The notes beneath the pieces were generated by a model. That model ran no database searches. It saw only the letters and a program-made list of their open reading frames with translations, and was not told where the DNA came from. Shown here one piece after another: positions 33,225 to 39,970 of a stretch of DNA of 39,970 nt. Source of the DNA: a virus; the IMG/VR virus record IMGVR_UViG_3300045988_068451, positions 1 through 39,970 of that record; one strand, written 5' to 3'. The position numbers and the translations under genes are program-made. How positions within the stretch are numbered: position 1 is the stretch's first letter; each line of letters starts with the position of its first letter.

Positions 33225-34325
33225 ATGGCAAAGGCTAAATACACGAAAACAAAAGCCGGATACTTTCGTACAAAAGTGTGGGACGGCACCTACAACGCCG
33301 ACGGATCTAAACATAGAATAGACGTTACATCCAAGAAGTCCAGTGCCGACCTGGAGCGTAAGGTGAATGAAATTAAGAATCATGTAAGCCAGAATGACTT
33401 TATAGCATCAAGCACGGAGACTGTATATGACTATGCCCTGTATTGGCTTGATACTTACAAGTCAGTAAAATCAAGAAATACGTACTTGTCATATAAAAGA
33501 ACTATAGAATATCACCTTCAGGACTTCTACTCTCTTAAACTGCAATCCCTTACAAGAGGCCACATACAACAACTTATAAACTCAAGATTTGATAAGCCTA
33601 GAACTTGCAAACTTATAGCCCTTGTAATAAAGCAGGTTGTAAAGTCTGCTATAAAAGACGGTATACTTGCTCCTGCAGCCTTTGAGGTTATATGCACTGA
33701 TATAGCACTGCCTAAGTATACCGCAAAGAAAAAGGAAGTTATAAAGGCGGAAATACTTGATAGAATACTTGATATAGATTTTACAGATAGAGAAAAATGC
33801 TTTCTATACATCATATATGGCTGTGGCCTAAGGCGTGAAGAAGCTCTTGCACTTACTAAAGATGATATAGACTTTGATACAGCTGAGATAAGTGTATCTA
33901 AAGCTTTATGCTTTGACGGAAACAATGCTTATATTAAAGAGCCTAAATCTCAAAGAGGTTACAGGCGTGTGCCTATGCCCGGATTTCTCATTGACTTCTT
34001 GCAAGCCTACACACAAGTATCCGGATATAATCTTATCACTAAAAAGAATGGTAACATAATTACCGAAAGTAGCTATGTAAAAATGTGGAAATCAATACAG
34101 AGTAAGATAGATAACAGTTTAGGTATCGGGATATCCAAAGGAGTTACAGCGCACTCTTTCAGACATAATTACTGTACAAGGCTCTGCTATCAAATACCTC
34201 TGATCAGCACAAAGATGATTGCAAAATTACTTGGAGATGATGAGAAAATGGTTATAGATGTGTACAGTCACATACTTGAAGAAAAAGAAGATTGTCAGTC
34301 TGCAATCGCTAATATTTTTGATTAA
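33225..34325 (+). CDS. int: Tyrosine recombinase (phage integrase), 366 aa from ATG 33225
   Basis: AHSFRHNYCTRL (HxxR box) and VYSHI (catalytic Tyr). An Arg box lies within GLRREEALAL. AAGGAGG lies 5 nt before the ATG. attP is adjacent. Confidence 0.9.
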   Translation: MAKAKYTKTKAGYFRTKVWDGTYNADGSKHRIDVTSKKSSADLERKVNEIKNHVSQNDFIASSTETVYDYALYWLDTYKSVKSRNTYLSYKRTIEYHLQDFYSLKLQSLTRGHIQQLINSRFDKPRTCKLIALVIKQVVKSAIKDGILAPAAFEVICTDIALPKYTAKKKEVIKAEILDRILDIDFTDREKCFLYIIYGCGLRREEALALTKDDIDFDTAEISVSKALCFDGNNAYIKEPKSQRGYRRVPMPGFLIDFLQAYTQVSGYNLITKKNGNIITESSYVKMWKSIQSKIDNSLGIGISKGVTAHSFRHNYCTRLCYQIPLISTKMIAKLLGDDEKMVIDVYSHILEEKEDCQSAIANIFD

Positions 34326-34424
34326 ATCTGTGCGACAAAATTGCGACATTAGGAAGTTTGCGACACTTTTGCGACATCAAAATGACGCAAATTTTAGTCA
34401 AATCAATGTAGTTCAGCAATTAAA

Positions 34425-34469
34425 AAAAGTGGCTCAAAGCCTTATAAATAAAGGTTTTAAGCCACTTTT
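34425..34469 (+). terminator. Hairpin terminator after the integrase gene
   Basis: AAAAGTGGCT (34425-34434) pairs with AGCCACTTTT (34460-34469), a 10-bp stem with a large loop, followed by TTTTGTATT. Confidence 0.5.
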
Positions 34470-34476
34470 GTATTCC

Positions 34477-34521
34477 TGAGACACCCGGGACTCGAACCCG
34501 GGACAACTTGATTAAAAGTCA
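34477..34521 (-). other. 3' 45 nt of a tRNA-Lys(UUU) (attP core homology; not a functional tRNA)
   Basis: Minus sense TGA-CTTTTAA-TCAAG-TTGTC-CCGGG-TTCGAGT-CCCGG-GTGTCTC-A. This gives the anticodon loop CUUUUAA, variable loop, T arm, 3' acceptor strand and discriminator. The 5' half is absent. Confidence 0.7.
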
Positions 34522-34597
34522 CCCTATACTTAGCATATAAATCGGCTATTTATAAGGCTTCTTGTAAATTAGTGCGACATTTTTGCGACATCAAGTA

Positions 34598-35542
34598 TTA
34601 CTCCGCTATTCCGTATTTATCAATATTTGGTGTAGCAGTATCATACTCTTTTAAGTATTTGCCATCTGCTCCTACCCAACAATAAACATTTCTTTGAGTA
34701 TCTTTTATATATGTATTACGTGCCATCACTCCCGATCTAGTCAAGTAGTAGTAGTCATAATCTATCTGTAGCCACTGTCCTGACAGCATAGCACAATCCG
34801 TTGGATTTAAATAATACCAATCCTCATCTTGCTTGAACCACTTTTCTATAGCATTGCCGGCTTCATCAAAGACATACCAGCGACCTGCAATCTCAAGCCA
34901 CTGACCTTTTACATACTGACCGTGTAGCTTGTACTTCCATCTACCTTGTATATACTCCCATACTGTGGCTTCTTCTCTTTTATGTTTCTTACAGGCCTTG
35001 TAGGCACAGTATGATATGAACTGCTGACACCAGTAGGCTCCATTATCGCCGTACCATGCCCCGTATTTCGTGTAGTTTTTATCTCCCGGATTTGTTAACT
35101 TGCCTTCTAAATCTTTATTACTTGCTTTTTCTACATACCCTACTTCACCCTTTAGCGTATCTATAAAATCTTCTACTGTACAGGTATCATCGTCAAAAAG
35201 AGGATATCCGAAGCCGTTTATACGGTTGCTCCCTCCAACTTGATCAAGTGTAAATTCGTATGTCTTTATGGCCACACAACCGCCGTTACGATTGAAAAAG
35301 CCTGCAGATGTGTTACCCTCAACCGTCTTTATCTTATATATATCGCCTTTTTTATTTACTTCTATCACTGCGCCAACATGAGCTACACGTCCCATATTGG
35401 GGCTGTGAAAGTAAGGTATAGCCCCGACTTTTGGCTCCTTGCCCCAACGCCCCTTTTTGACGAAGTTGCCCTTACCTGAAGGAGTGTACTCCGTATAGCT
35501 TCCACAAAGAAGCTTCTTTCCGGAATTATACGCATTATCCAT
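34598..35542 (-). CDS. Endolysin: CHAP/NlpC-P60-like catalytic region (motif order apparently permuted) plus C-terminal cell-wall-binding repeats, 314 aa
   Basis: AHVGAVIEV...TVEGNTS...INGFGYP at residues 54-114. NYTKYGAWYG..GAYWCQQFISYCA at residues 156-180. Residues 195-300 carry aromatic GxW...W(Y/L) repeats of the CW_binding_1 type. Follows the holin. Confidence 0.85.
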   Translation of the reverse strand: MDNAYNSGKKLLCGSYTEYTPSGKGNFVKKGRWGKEPKVGAIPYFHSPNMGRVAHVGAVIEVNKKGDIYKIKTVEGNTSAGFFNRNGGCVAIKTYEFTLDQVGGSNRINGFGYPLFDDDTCTVEDFIDTLKGEVGYVEKASNKDLEGKLTNPGDKNYTKYGAWYGDNGAYWCQQFISYCAYKACKKHKREEATVWEYIQGRWKYKLHGQYVKGQWLEIAGRWYVFDEAGNAIEKWFKQDEDWYYLNPTDCAMLSGQWLQIDYDYYYLTRSGVMARNTYIKDTQRNVYCWVGADGKYLKEYDTATPNIDKYGIAE

Positions 35543-35566
35543 TCTTCTCTTCCTCCTTTTCTGTAA

Positions 35567-35591
35567 TAAAAAAGAGGGCCTTTAAGCCCTC
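35567..35591 (-). terminator. Hairpin terminator between the holin and endolysin genes
   Basis: Minus sense GAGGGC-TTAAAG-GCCCTC followed by TTTTTTATT, 6 nt after the holin stop. Confidence 0.55.
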
Positions 35592-35597
35592 ACTACA

Positions 35598-35795
35598 TTA
35601 CTCTACCTCAGGAAGCCCGGCTATACTTGTAAGTATAGACAGTGCGCCTGCCACTACGGAAGCACTAACTACAAGCTTCCAATCTACTGTGCTTATAATC
35701 GATCCTGTACCTATCGTTGCTACTGCAGTCTGTGCTACTGTCTTTAGCGCTCTTATGCCTGCTGCCTTTGCCCATCTTCCAAAATAACTATTCAT
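35598..35795 (-). CDS. Holin (phi LC3-like, two TM segments), 65 aa from ATG 35795
   Basis: MNSYFGRWAKAAGIRALKTVAQTAVATIG...VVAGALSILTSIAGLPEVE. The ATG follows the upstream stop by 1 nt with AAAGGA upstream. The track start at 35825 overlaps the upstream gene. Confidence 0.75.
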   Translation of the reverse strand: MNSYFGRWAKAAGIRALKTVAQTAVATIGTGSIISTVDWKLVVSASVVAGALSILTSIAGLPEVE

Positions 35796-35796
35796 T

Positions 35797-36294
35797 TTAT
35801 CTATGTCCTTTCTTAATCTCTTCAAATCTTTCTTTCATTTCAGATTTGATAATATCGTGTGCATCATCAATATAATGGTTTTTAATTTTGTATTTTTCAC
35901 AATGCATGTTATACTTTGATACTACGTCAAGTATGTATTCAAACTGTTTTTCTGAATAAACTCTGCCAAGCTTGAGGTTTTCAGCGAAGTTGATAATCTC
36001 ATTTCGCATACCTACAGCCTGATACTCCTTATCTTGCTTGTCGTATGCATCAAATCTTGTTTCCATGTCACTTCTGATATCCTCTATAGACTGTGCATTT
36101 CTTTGAGTGGCTGACTCTATACTATCAAGCTTTTTATACACTCTCCTATTTACAATACCACCTACATACTTGAAAACCGTGGTCCAAGGATTAATTTTTA
36201 TCGGGGCGATTTCCACAGCCACGCTTAGTATTGTTAAAAAAGGGGTGATAGTATGTATCACCCTGCTAACATCTGATAAATCTTGAAAAAACAC
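35797..36294 (-). CDS. Conserved N-terminally membrane-anchored protein upstream of the holin, 165 aa
   Basis: TM ITPFLTILSVAVEIAPIKINPW followed by a helical domain. I recall this architecture recurring before holins in Firmicutes phages. Function unknown. Confidence 0.6.
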   Translation of the reverse strand: MFFQDLSDVSRVIHTITPFLTILSVAVEIAPIKINPWTTVFKYVGGIVNRRVYKKLDSIESATQRNAQSIEDIRSDMETRFDAYDKQDKEYQAVGMRNEIINFAENLKLGRVYSEKQFEYILDVVSKYNMHCEKYKIKNHYIDDAHDIIKSEMKERFEEIKKGHR

Positions 36295-36299
36295 TGTAC

Positions 36300-36491
36300 T
36301 TACTCCTCATGTGTTGCATTTGATGGGGTAGCAGTTGAATCCTCCGCACTACCCTCTACTATTTCCCACACGCCTAAATCAATGGCCACCTGCTTAACAT
36401 ATGGCTTTAGCTTTCGTGGTACCTCAGCGTAAGTACACTTGCCTTCAAGTATAAGATTCACATAAAATAATGCTAAATTTTTGAACTTCAT
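36300..36491 (-). CDS. Small protein in the XkdX-like position, 63 aa from ATG 36491
   Basis: MKFKNLALFYVNLILEGKCTYAEVPRKLKPYVKQ.... AAAGGAGA lies 9 nt upstream. The track N-terminal extension has no SD. Confidence 0.5.
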   Translation of the reverse strand: MKFKNLALFYVNLILEGKCTYAEVPRKLKPYVKQVAIDLGVWEIVEGSAEDSTATPSNATHEE

Positions 36492-36571
36492 AGTTTTTGG
36501 TCTCCTTTCATCAAAAACAAAACAAATTAAATATCCTAACAAAATGTATAGCCTTGTATATAGCCAATGCA

Positions 36572-36865
36572 TTATTGTTCACCATCATCCTTCGTAGCTT
36601 CATCACTCATCACAAGGCTTGTAAGCTCCATAACAGTTTTCTCAAGCATATCAATAGCCTTTGCCTGCTTCACCAACTCTTCTGCACTTACCATCCCTGT
36701 AGAGTGTGACACAGCAGTATGCTCTGTCTTGCTCGTGTCTATGCCGTCTATGATATGATTATCGGGTATCTCAAAAGTATCAATCTTTATATTTTTGATA
36801 TCCGACTGCTCAGGTATCACCGCCAGCACATCTCCGTTATCTCTGTATACGACTGTATATTTCAT
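36572..36865 (-). CDS. Hypothetical protein between the fibre and lysis genes (XkdW-like position), 97 aa
   Basis: Track ORF. SD AGGAGGTAG upstream. Confidence 0.55.
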   Translation of the reverse strand: MKYTVVYRDNGDVLAVIPEQSDIKNIKIDTFEIPDNHIIDGIDTSKTEHTAVSHSTGMVSAEELVKQAKAIDMLEKTVMELTSLVMSDEATKDDGEQ

Positions 36866-37007
36866 ATTGGACTACCTCCTAATTTATAAATTCTATTCTT
36901 GTTATCTGTAGCGCACCCGAAAAACTTTCACTAGAGTTAGCAATGGTAACGCTTGCGGTAAGGCTCAAAAAAGCCTGTTCGTTTATGTTTCTGACGTCTA
37001 GAGTCAA

Positions 37008-38063
37008 TTAGCCTTGTCTATTTATAGCTACGCTTCCAGCCTTCGCCACTGCCAGAGCTTCGGAAAATCCATCTATTTTCCCGGCTCCTTGCACATCTAT
37101 TCCGCCCCTTTTTAGCGAACGTAGCGATGATACGAAACACTCCAAGTCTATATTCGGATTATTCTTTACCGTTCCCGATAAATTATAACTAATAACTATC
37201 CTGCTAAACGGCGACAAGTTTATAGATTGCGATAGTACGCACCCTATCTTTCTGCCTAATAGTGTAGGGGAAAAGGTTGTCAGAGAAAAATTCATTCCTC
37301 CTCCCCATATTCCTGAGTATCTATATTCGTTCGAAACGTAATTTGCATAGTAATCATTTATTATATAGAACGGTTTATTCGCCACTCCCGACACAAGTTC
37401 ATTGTCGAAAGTGGCACCATTAAAAACCGTTCTACCAGATTGCAAGTCGGGCATTGTACCTGCAAATTTTATTCCATTTTTGCTTGTTGCTGTGAAGCCT
37501 CGCATGACCTTATCTGCGGTTACATCTCCAAAGTTAGCTAAGTCGGTTTCAACATGGGGGCTATTATCATCTCTAAAATAATATGCGTTGCCATGACCTA
37601 ATCCCATAACTAGCTTCCCTCTACCACTGTCTATACCAATAAACTTTGCTTGATTGTTGGTATAATTATTTAGCTTAGTATCGACCATCTTGACCGTGCC
37701 TCGCTCTTGGCAGGTCACTGTGTCTGATAAAGTTTTTTCAGGGTGATAATTTGTCGCCTGCTTAACTATCCATACTGGCACGGAGACATATGGCTTCCAT
37801 TGACCTCTTTCGCCTGCATTGTAGTAAGCTCCTGCGTCAAATCGTGCGGTATATGCACCCTCGAGTGTGTAATAAAACATCTCAGGACAAATTACACCAT
37901 TAGACGCTCCGCCGTTGCCCTTATTGGCTAACTCCCCACTTGCAGGCTCGTCACCGCTATCACTTGTAAGCGCTGTAAATCCCTGTACCACGTGCCACCT
38001 TTTCGCTGTTACGTCATCAGAGGACACTCCCCCACCACTTTTATTTATTAAGCATACCGCCAC
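37008..38063 (-). CDS. Putative tail fibre / receptor-binding protein, 351 aa
   Basis: Last large structural ORF, Gly/Asn/Thr-rich. Call is by position. GTG start 2 nt after the upstream stop. Confidence 0.5.
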   Translation of the reverse strand: MAVCLINKSGGGVSSDDVTAKRWHVVQGFTALTSDSGDEPASGELANKGNGGASNGVICPEMFYYTLEGAYTARFDAGAYYNAGERGQWKPYVSVPVWIVKQATNYHPEKTLSDTVTCQERGTVKMVDTKLNNYTNNQAKFIGIDSGRGKLVMGLGHGNAYYFRDDNSPHVETDLANFGDVTADKVMRGFTATSKNGIKFAGTMPDLQSGRTVFNGATFDNELVSGVANKPFYIINDYYANYVSNEYRYSGIWGGGMNFSLTTFSPTLLGRKIGCVLSQSINLSPFSRIVISYNLSGTVKNNPNIDLECFVSSLRSLKRGGIDVQGAGKIDGFSEALAVAKAGSVAINRQG

Positions 38064-38065
38064 AA

Positions 38066-38509
38066 TTACACCCCCTTAAGACCTATCCAAAAACTTACAG
38101 CTGGCTTTTTATTAAAGCATTTAACTCTTATTTTGCCGTTTAGAGTTTCTACAAAATCTATCATTGCAAAAGCTTTGTTCATTGCCTTTACGGCGTCCGC
38201 CGATTCTTGCCCAGACAGGTAAAGCCCTACAGTAGGTGAGTCTGCAGACGTTATCCCCGGTACACTTATTTCTTGTGTATAAGGCGCTGTGTTGCTCCAC
38301 TTACTTACATCCACCAGTACCTGCCTTAACCCCTGCAGAGCGTTTACAGCACTATTTGTAGCGTTGATATCGTTTGCACCGAATGTATCACCTTGTACAG
38401 TATAATTAGTGCTGTCTATGATTTCATACTTACCGTCTCCGCCTTGAGTTAGTGTATATTTCCTGTTGCCCTCAAAAACATCATTTTTATAATTTGTTCT
38501 TAGTGCCAT
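38066..38509 (-). CDS. Tail fibre/baseplate-associated protein, 147 aa
   Basis: N-terminal TNYKNDVFEGNRKY...GD.F.ANDINA pattern seen in phage fibre N-termini. Call is by synteny. Confidence 0.5.
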   Translation of the reverse strand: MALRTNYKNDVFEGNRKYTLTQGGDGKYEIIDSTNYTVQGDTFGANDINATNSAVNALQGLRQVLVDVSKWSNTAPYTQEISVPGITSADSPTVGLYLSGQESADAVKAMNKAFAMIDFVETLNGKIRVKCFNKKPAVSFWIGLKGV

Positions 38510-38510
38510 C

Positions 38511-38924
38511 TTACCTCCTGTTTCCTATACTCTTTCTGCCCAAAGAAAAAGACAGCCTTTGCTGTCCACTTAAAGCACTCTCGTACATATCTCCTAAATC
38601 CCTGAGTATTCTCTCTATATCGTTAGCCTGATAAATACTATCGTAAGTAATCCGTACCGGTGTTTGGGGAGTTGATATCTTAGTATAATAAGCTTCTCTT
38701 ACCTTCTTGATATTCTCCAATAACCTGTTCATTTCAGACTCTGTTCTAAAATCTTCCATAGACCATACTTTTGAATTTATGTTTACACCAAAAAGGTCTG
38801 CTAAATGCTTACACACCTCTTCAACTCTATTCAAGTCTGTGTATGCTATATAAGCTTTGTCAGTATCGTTTATTAAGTCGTCTACCGTTCTGTCAAAGAT
38901 TAGAGTATTCAGTATATTGCTCAT
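38511..38924 (-). CDS. Tail fibre/baseplate-associated protein, 137 aa
   Basis: Two DLNRVE/NDIERI-type motifs common in fibre-associated proteins. ATGA overlap with the upstream tail-tip ORF. Confidence 0.5.
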   Translation of the reverse strand: MSNILNTLIFDRTVDDLINDTDKAYIAYTDLNRVEEVCKHLADLFGVNINSKVWSMEDFRTESEMNRLLENIKKVREAYYTKISTPQTPVRITYDSIYQANDIERILRDLGDMYESALSGQQRLSFSLGRKSIGNRR

Positions 38925-39915
38925 TCTATCACCGCCTCTGCTGTAATCTCGTTCCTGCTGAACTTAAAATCAAGCTTAGTAATTATTCCTTGTCTCTTAC
39001 CCTTAAAGGTGTCCAGTTCGACCAGATCGCCAAGCTCATGATTATCAACTACAAGCCTGCAGGATATACTTTCATTCTTCATACAATCGTCATAACACCT
39101 ATTAAGAACTTCCTGCATATTTTCCTTAGTCACAAGTGTAGCCTCTTTAATTTCAGCAACATTTTTATTGTGAGTTATCCTCTCATTATCTTTGCTCACA
39201 CTAAACATATTGTGTGTATACTTCTTGCCTGATAACACCACCTGAACCCCTGTACCGTTTATGCGAGCATAGTTATCGCCCTGTTCTATGATAACTCCAC
39301 CTTGAATTGTTAAAGAGTGCATAGGCTCACTAAACTCTATCTTTGTACCGCCTACTAAGTAACCCTTGAAAAGTTCCATAGCCTCATTGCTTTTTATATA
39401 TTCGTGTACAGTAAGCTTTACCCCCGTAATTACATCGCTATGAGAGAATGACAACTTAGTAAATAACTCTTCTTGCTTTATCTGAGTTATGTCAGTAGTT
39501 CGCATAGGATACAGATATAAGTTTCTGTCATAGCTTGTATCCACTATGGCACCTATCGCAAATGCCAACTGCTGCAACGCTGCTCTTTTTGAGCAAATTG
39601 GTAAGTATCCACTTATAGGTTTGTTTTCAAGTGCGGTATCTATAAAGTACGGTATATCTTCGCCTTGCATTATTAATCTCAAAAGCTCTTTTGCCTTTAT
39701 TTGATTGTACACTCCGCCCATAAACTCCGTGCCATCAAGTACGCCTATAGCGTCATGTGTCTCCATTGAGTAGACCGTACCGCTTAGTTGCTTGCCGTCC
39801 TTCAAATAGAATATTCCAAGGATAGACTCATCAAAATATAAAGTCTGCTTTTGCTTTTTCTGAAACTCAAAATCATATCCCATCTTATCCCTTACAGAGT
39901 ACTCCATAGTGTTTA
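38921..39915 (-). CDS. Tail-tip/baseplate protein, C-terminal 331 codons plus the stop codon (38921-38923) of the 699-aa wrap-around ORF
   Basis: Track ORF 38921..39907 extends upstream without a stop to the window end and joins 1105..1 in frame. The motif CSKRAALQQLAFAIGAIVDTSYDRNLYLYP resembles siphovirus tail (Dit/Tal-class) proteins. Confidence 0.85.
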
Positions 39916-39970
39916 CAGATATTTCTTTTGACGTTCCGTCAATTTCTACTAAGCAATCTATACTTTCAAT
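39916..39970. repeat. Terminal 55-bp exact direct repeat, copy 2 (identical to 1-55)
   Basis: Direct comparison. Confidence 0.95.

Larger units (their letters stand above)
34331..34594. other. attP region: tRNA-derived core flanked by TGCGACA arm repeats and a 12-bp inverted repeat
   Basis: Six direct TGCGACA copies (34331, 34342, 34359, 34370 | 34573, 34584). TTTTGCGACATCAA appears on both arms. GCCTTATAAATA at 34439-34450 is inverted at 34547-34558. The core is at 34477-34521. Confidence 0.65.

Noticed and set aside
34258-34479. 73-aa plus-strand ORF spanning the integrase 3' end and the attP arm
   Set aside because: It overlaps the integrase in another frame and then runs through the repeat-rich attP arm. 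No SD. Better explained as non-coding recombination sites.
34477-34521. Possible functional tRNA gene
   Set aside because: Only the 3' 45 nt is present (from the anticodon stem onward). The upstream sequence cannot form the 5' anticodon-stem strand, D arm or acceptor stem. Interpreted as the attP core instead.
35796-35825. Ten-codon N-terminal extension of the holin ORF
   Set aside because: It overlaps the upstream gene by 29 nt. The ATG at 35795 directly follows the upstream stop and has an SD-like AAAGGA.
36492-36572. N-terminal 27-codon extension of the 90-aa track ORF (MHWLYTRLYILLGYLICFVF...)
   Set aside because: No SD. The internal ATG at 36491 has AAAGGAGA at ideal spacing, and the extension would abut the upstream gene.
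1-39970. CRISPR arrays, reverse transcriptase/DGR or retron elements, transposases, recoded stop codons
   Set aside because: No spacer-repeat arrays or RT motifs were seen in any long ORF. All genes close normally with the standard code, and no IS-like inverted terminal repeats were seen.

Overview
The window is a complete, circularly closed phage genome. The unit is 39,915 bp, and bases 1-55 are identical to 39916-39970. It looks like a temperate siphovirus-type phage of a low-GC Gram-positive host, probably clostridial; the host call is inference from SD usage, cell-wall-binding repeats and gene families.

All lytic functions run one way on the minus strand:
- Cro-like switch genes (about 31.4 kb)
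- BRO-N antirepressor and early accessory genes (31.2-27.3 kb)
- Replication module (27.3-19.1 kb): DUF2800-type nuclease, DUF2815-type SSB, family-A DNA polymerase, AEP-primase/VirE helicase, VRR-NUC, SNF2 helicase
- Small early/middle genes and a DUF1492-type late regulator (19.1-16.7 kb)
- Packaging: TerL with a TerS-like N-terminus, portal, MuF
- Head genes, tail genes (TMP 1223 aa) and a tail tip plus fibres that wrap across the window ends
- Holin/endolysin cassette (36.3-34.6 kb)

The plus strand carries only lysogeny-side genes:
- CI-like repressor, a 78-aa ImmA-like HExxH protein, a DinD homologue and a tyrosine integrase
- An attP next to the integrase that contains the 3' 45 nt of a tRNA-Lys(UUU)
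- Two isolated morons: a KTSC-domain protein and a 43-aa basic peptide with a consensus promoter

No CRISPR array, rRNA, complete tRNA, transposon or reverse transcriptase was seen.

Most interesting observations:
- A JAB/MPN-like domain fused to the virion MuF protein
- An early pentapeptide-repeat (DNA-mimic fold) three-gene cassette
- DinD in the lysogeny operon
- An apparently circularly permuted CHAP endolysin
- A gene broken at a G7 run within a paralogous Gly-rich gene pair
- Two early genes whose only SD-supported start codons are AUA/AUC
- A well-resolved operator/promoter switch and attP architecture

All family names are recognised by eye from motifs. None was confirmed by a search.
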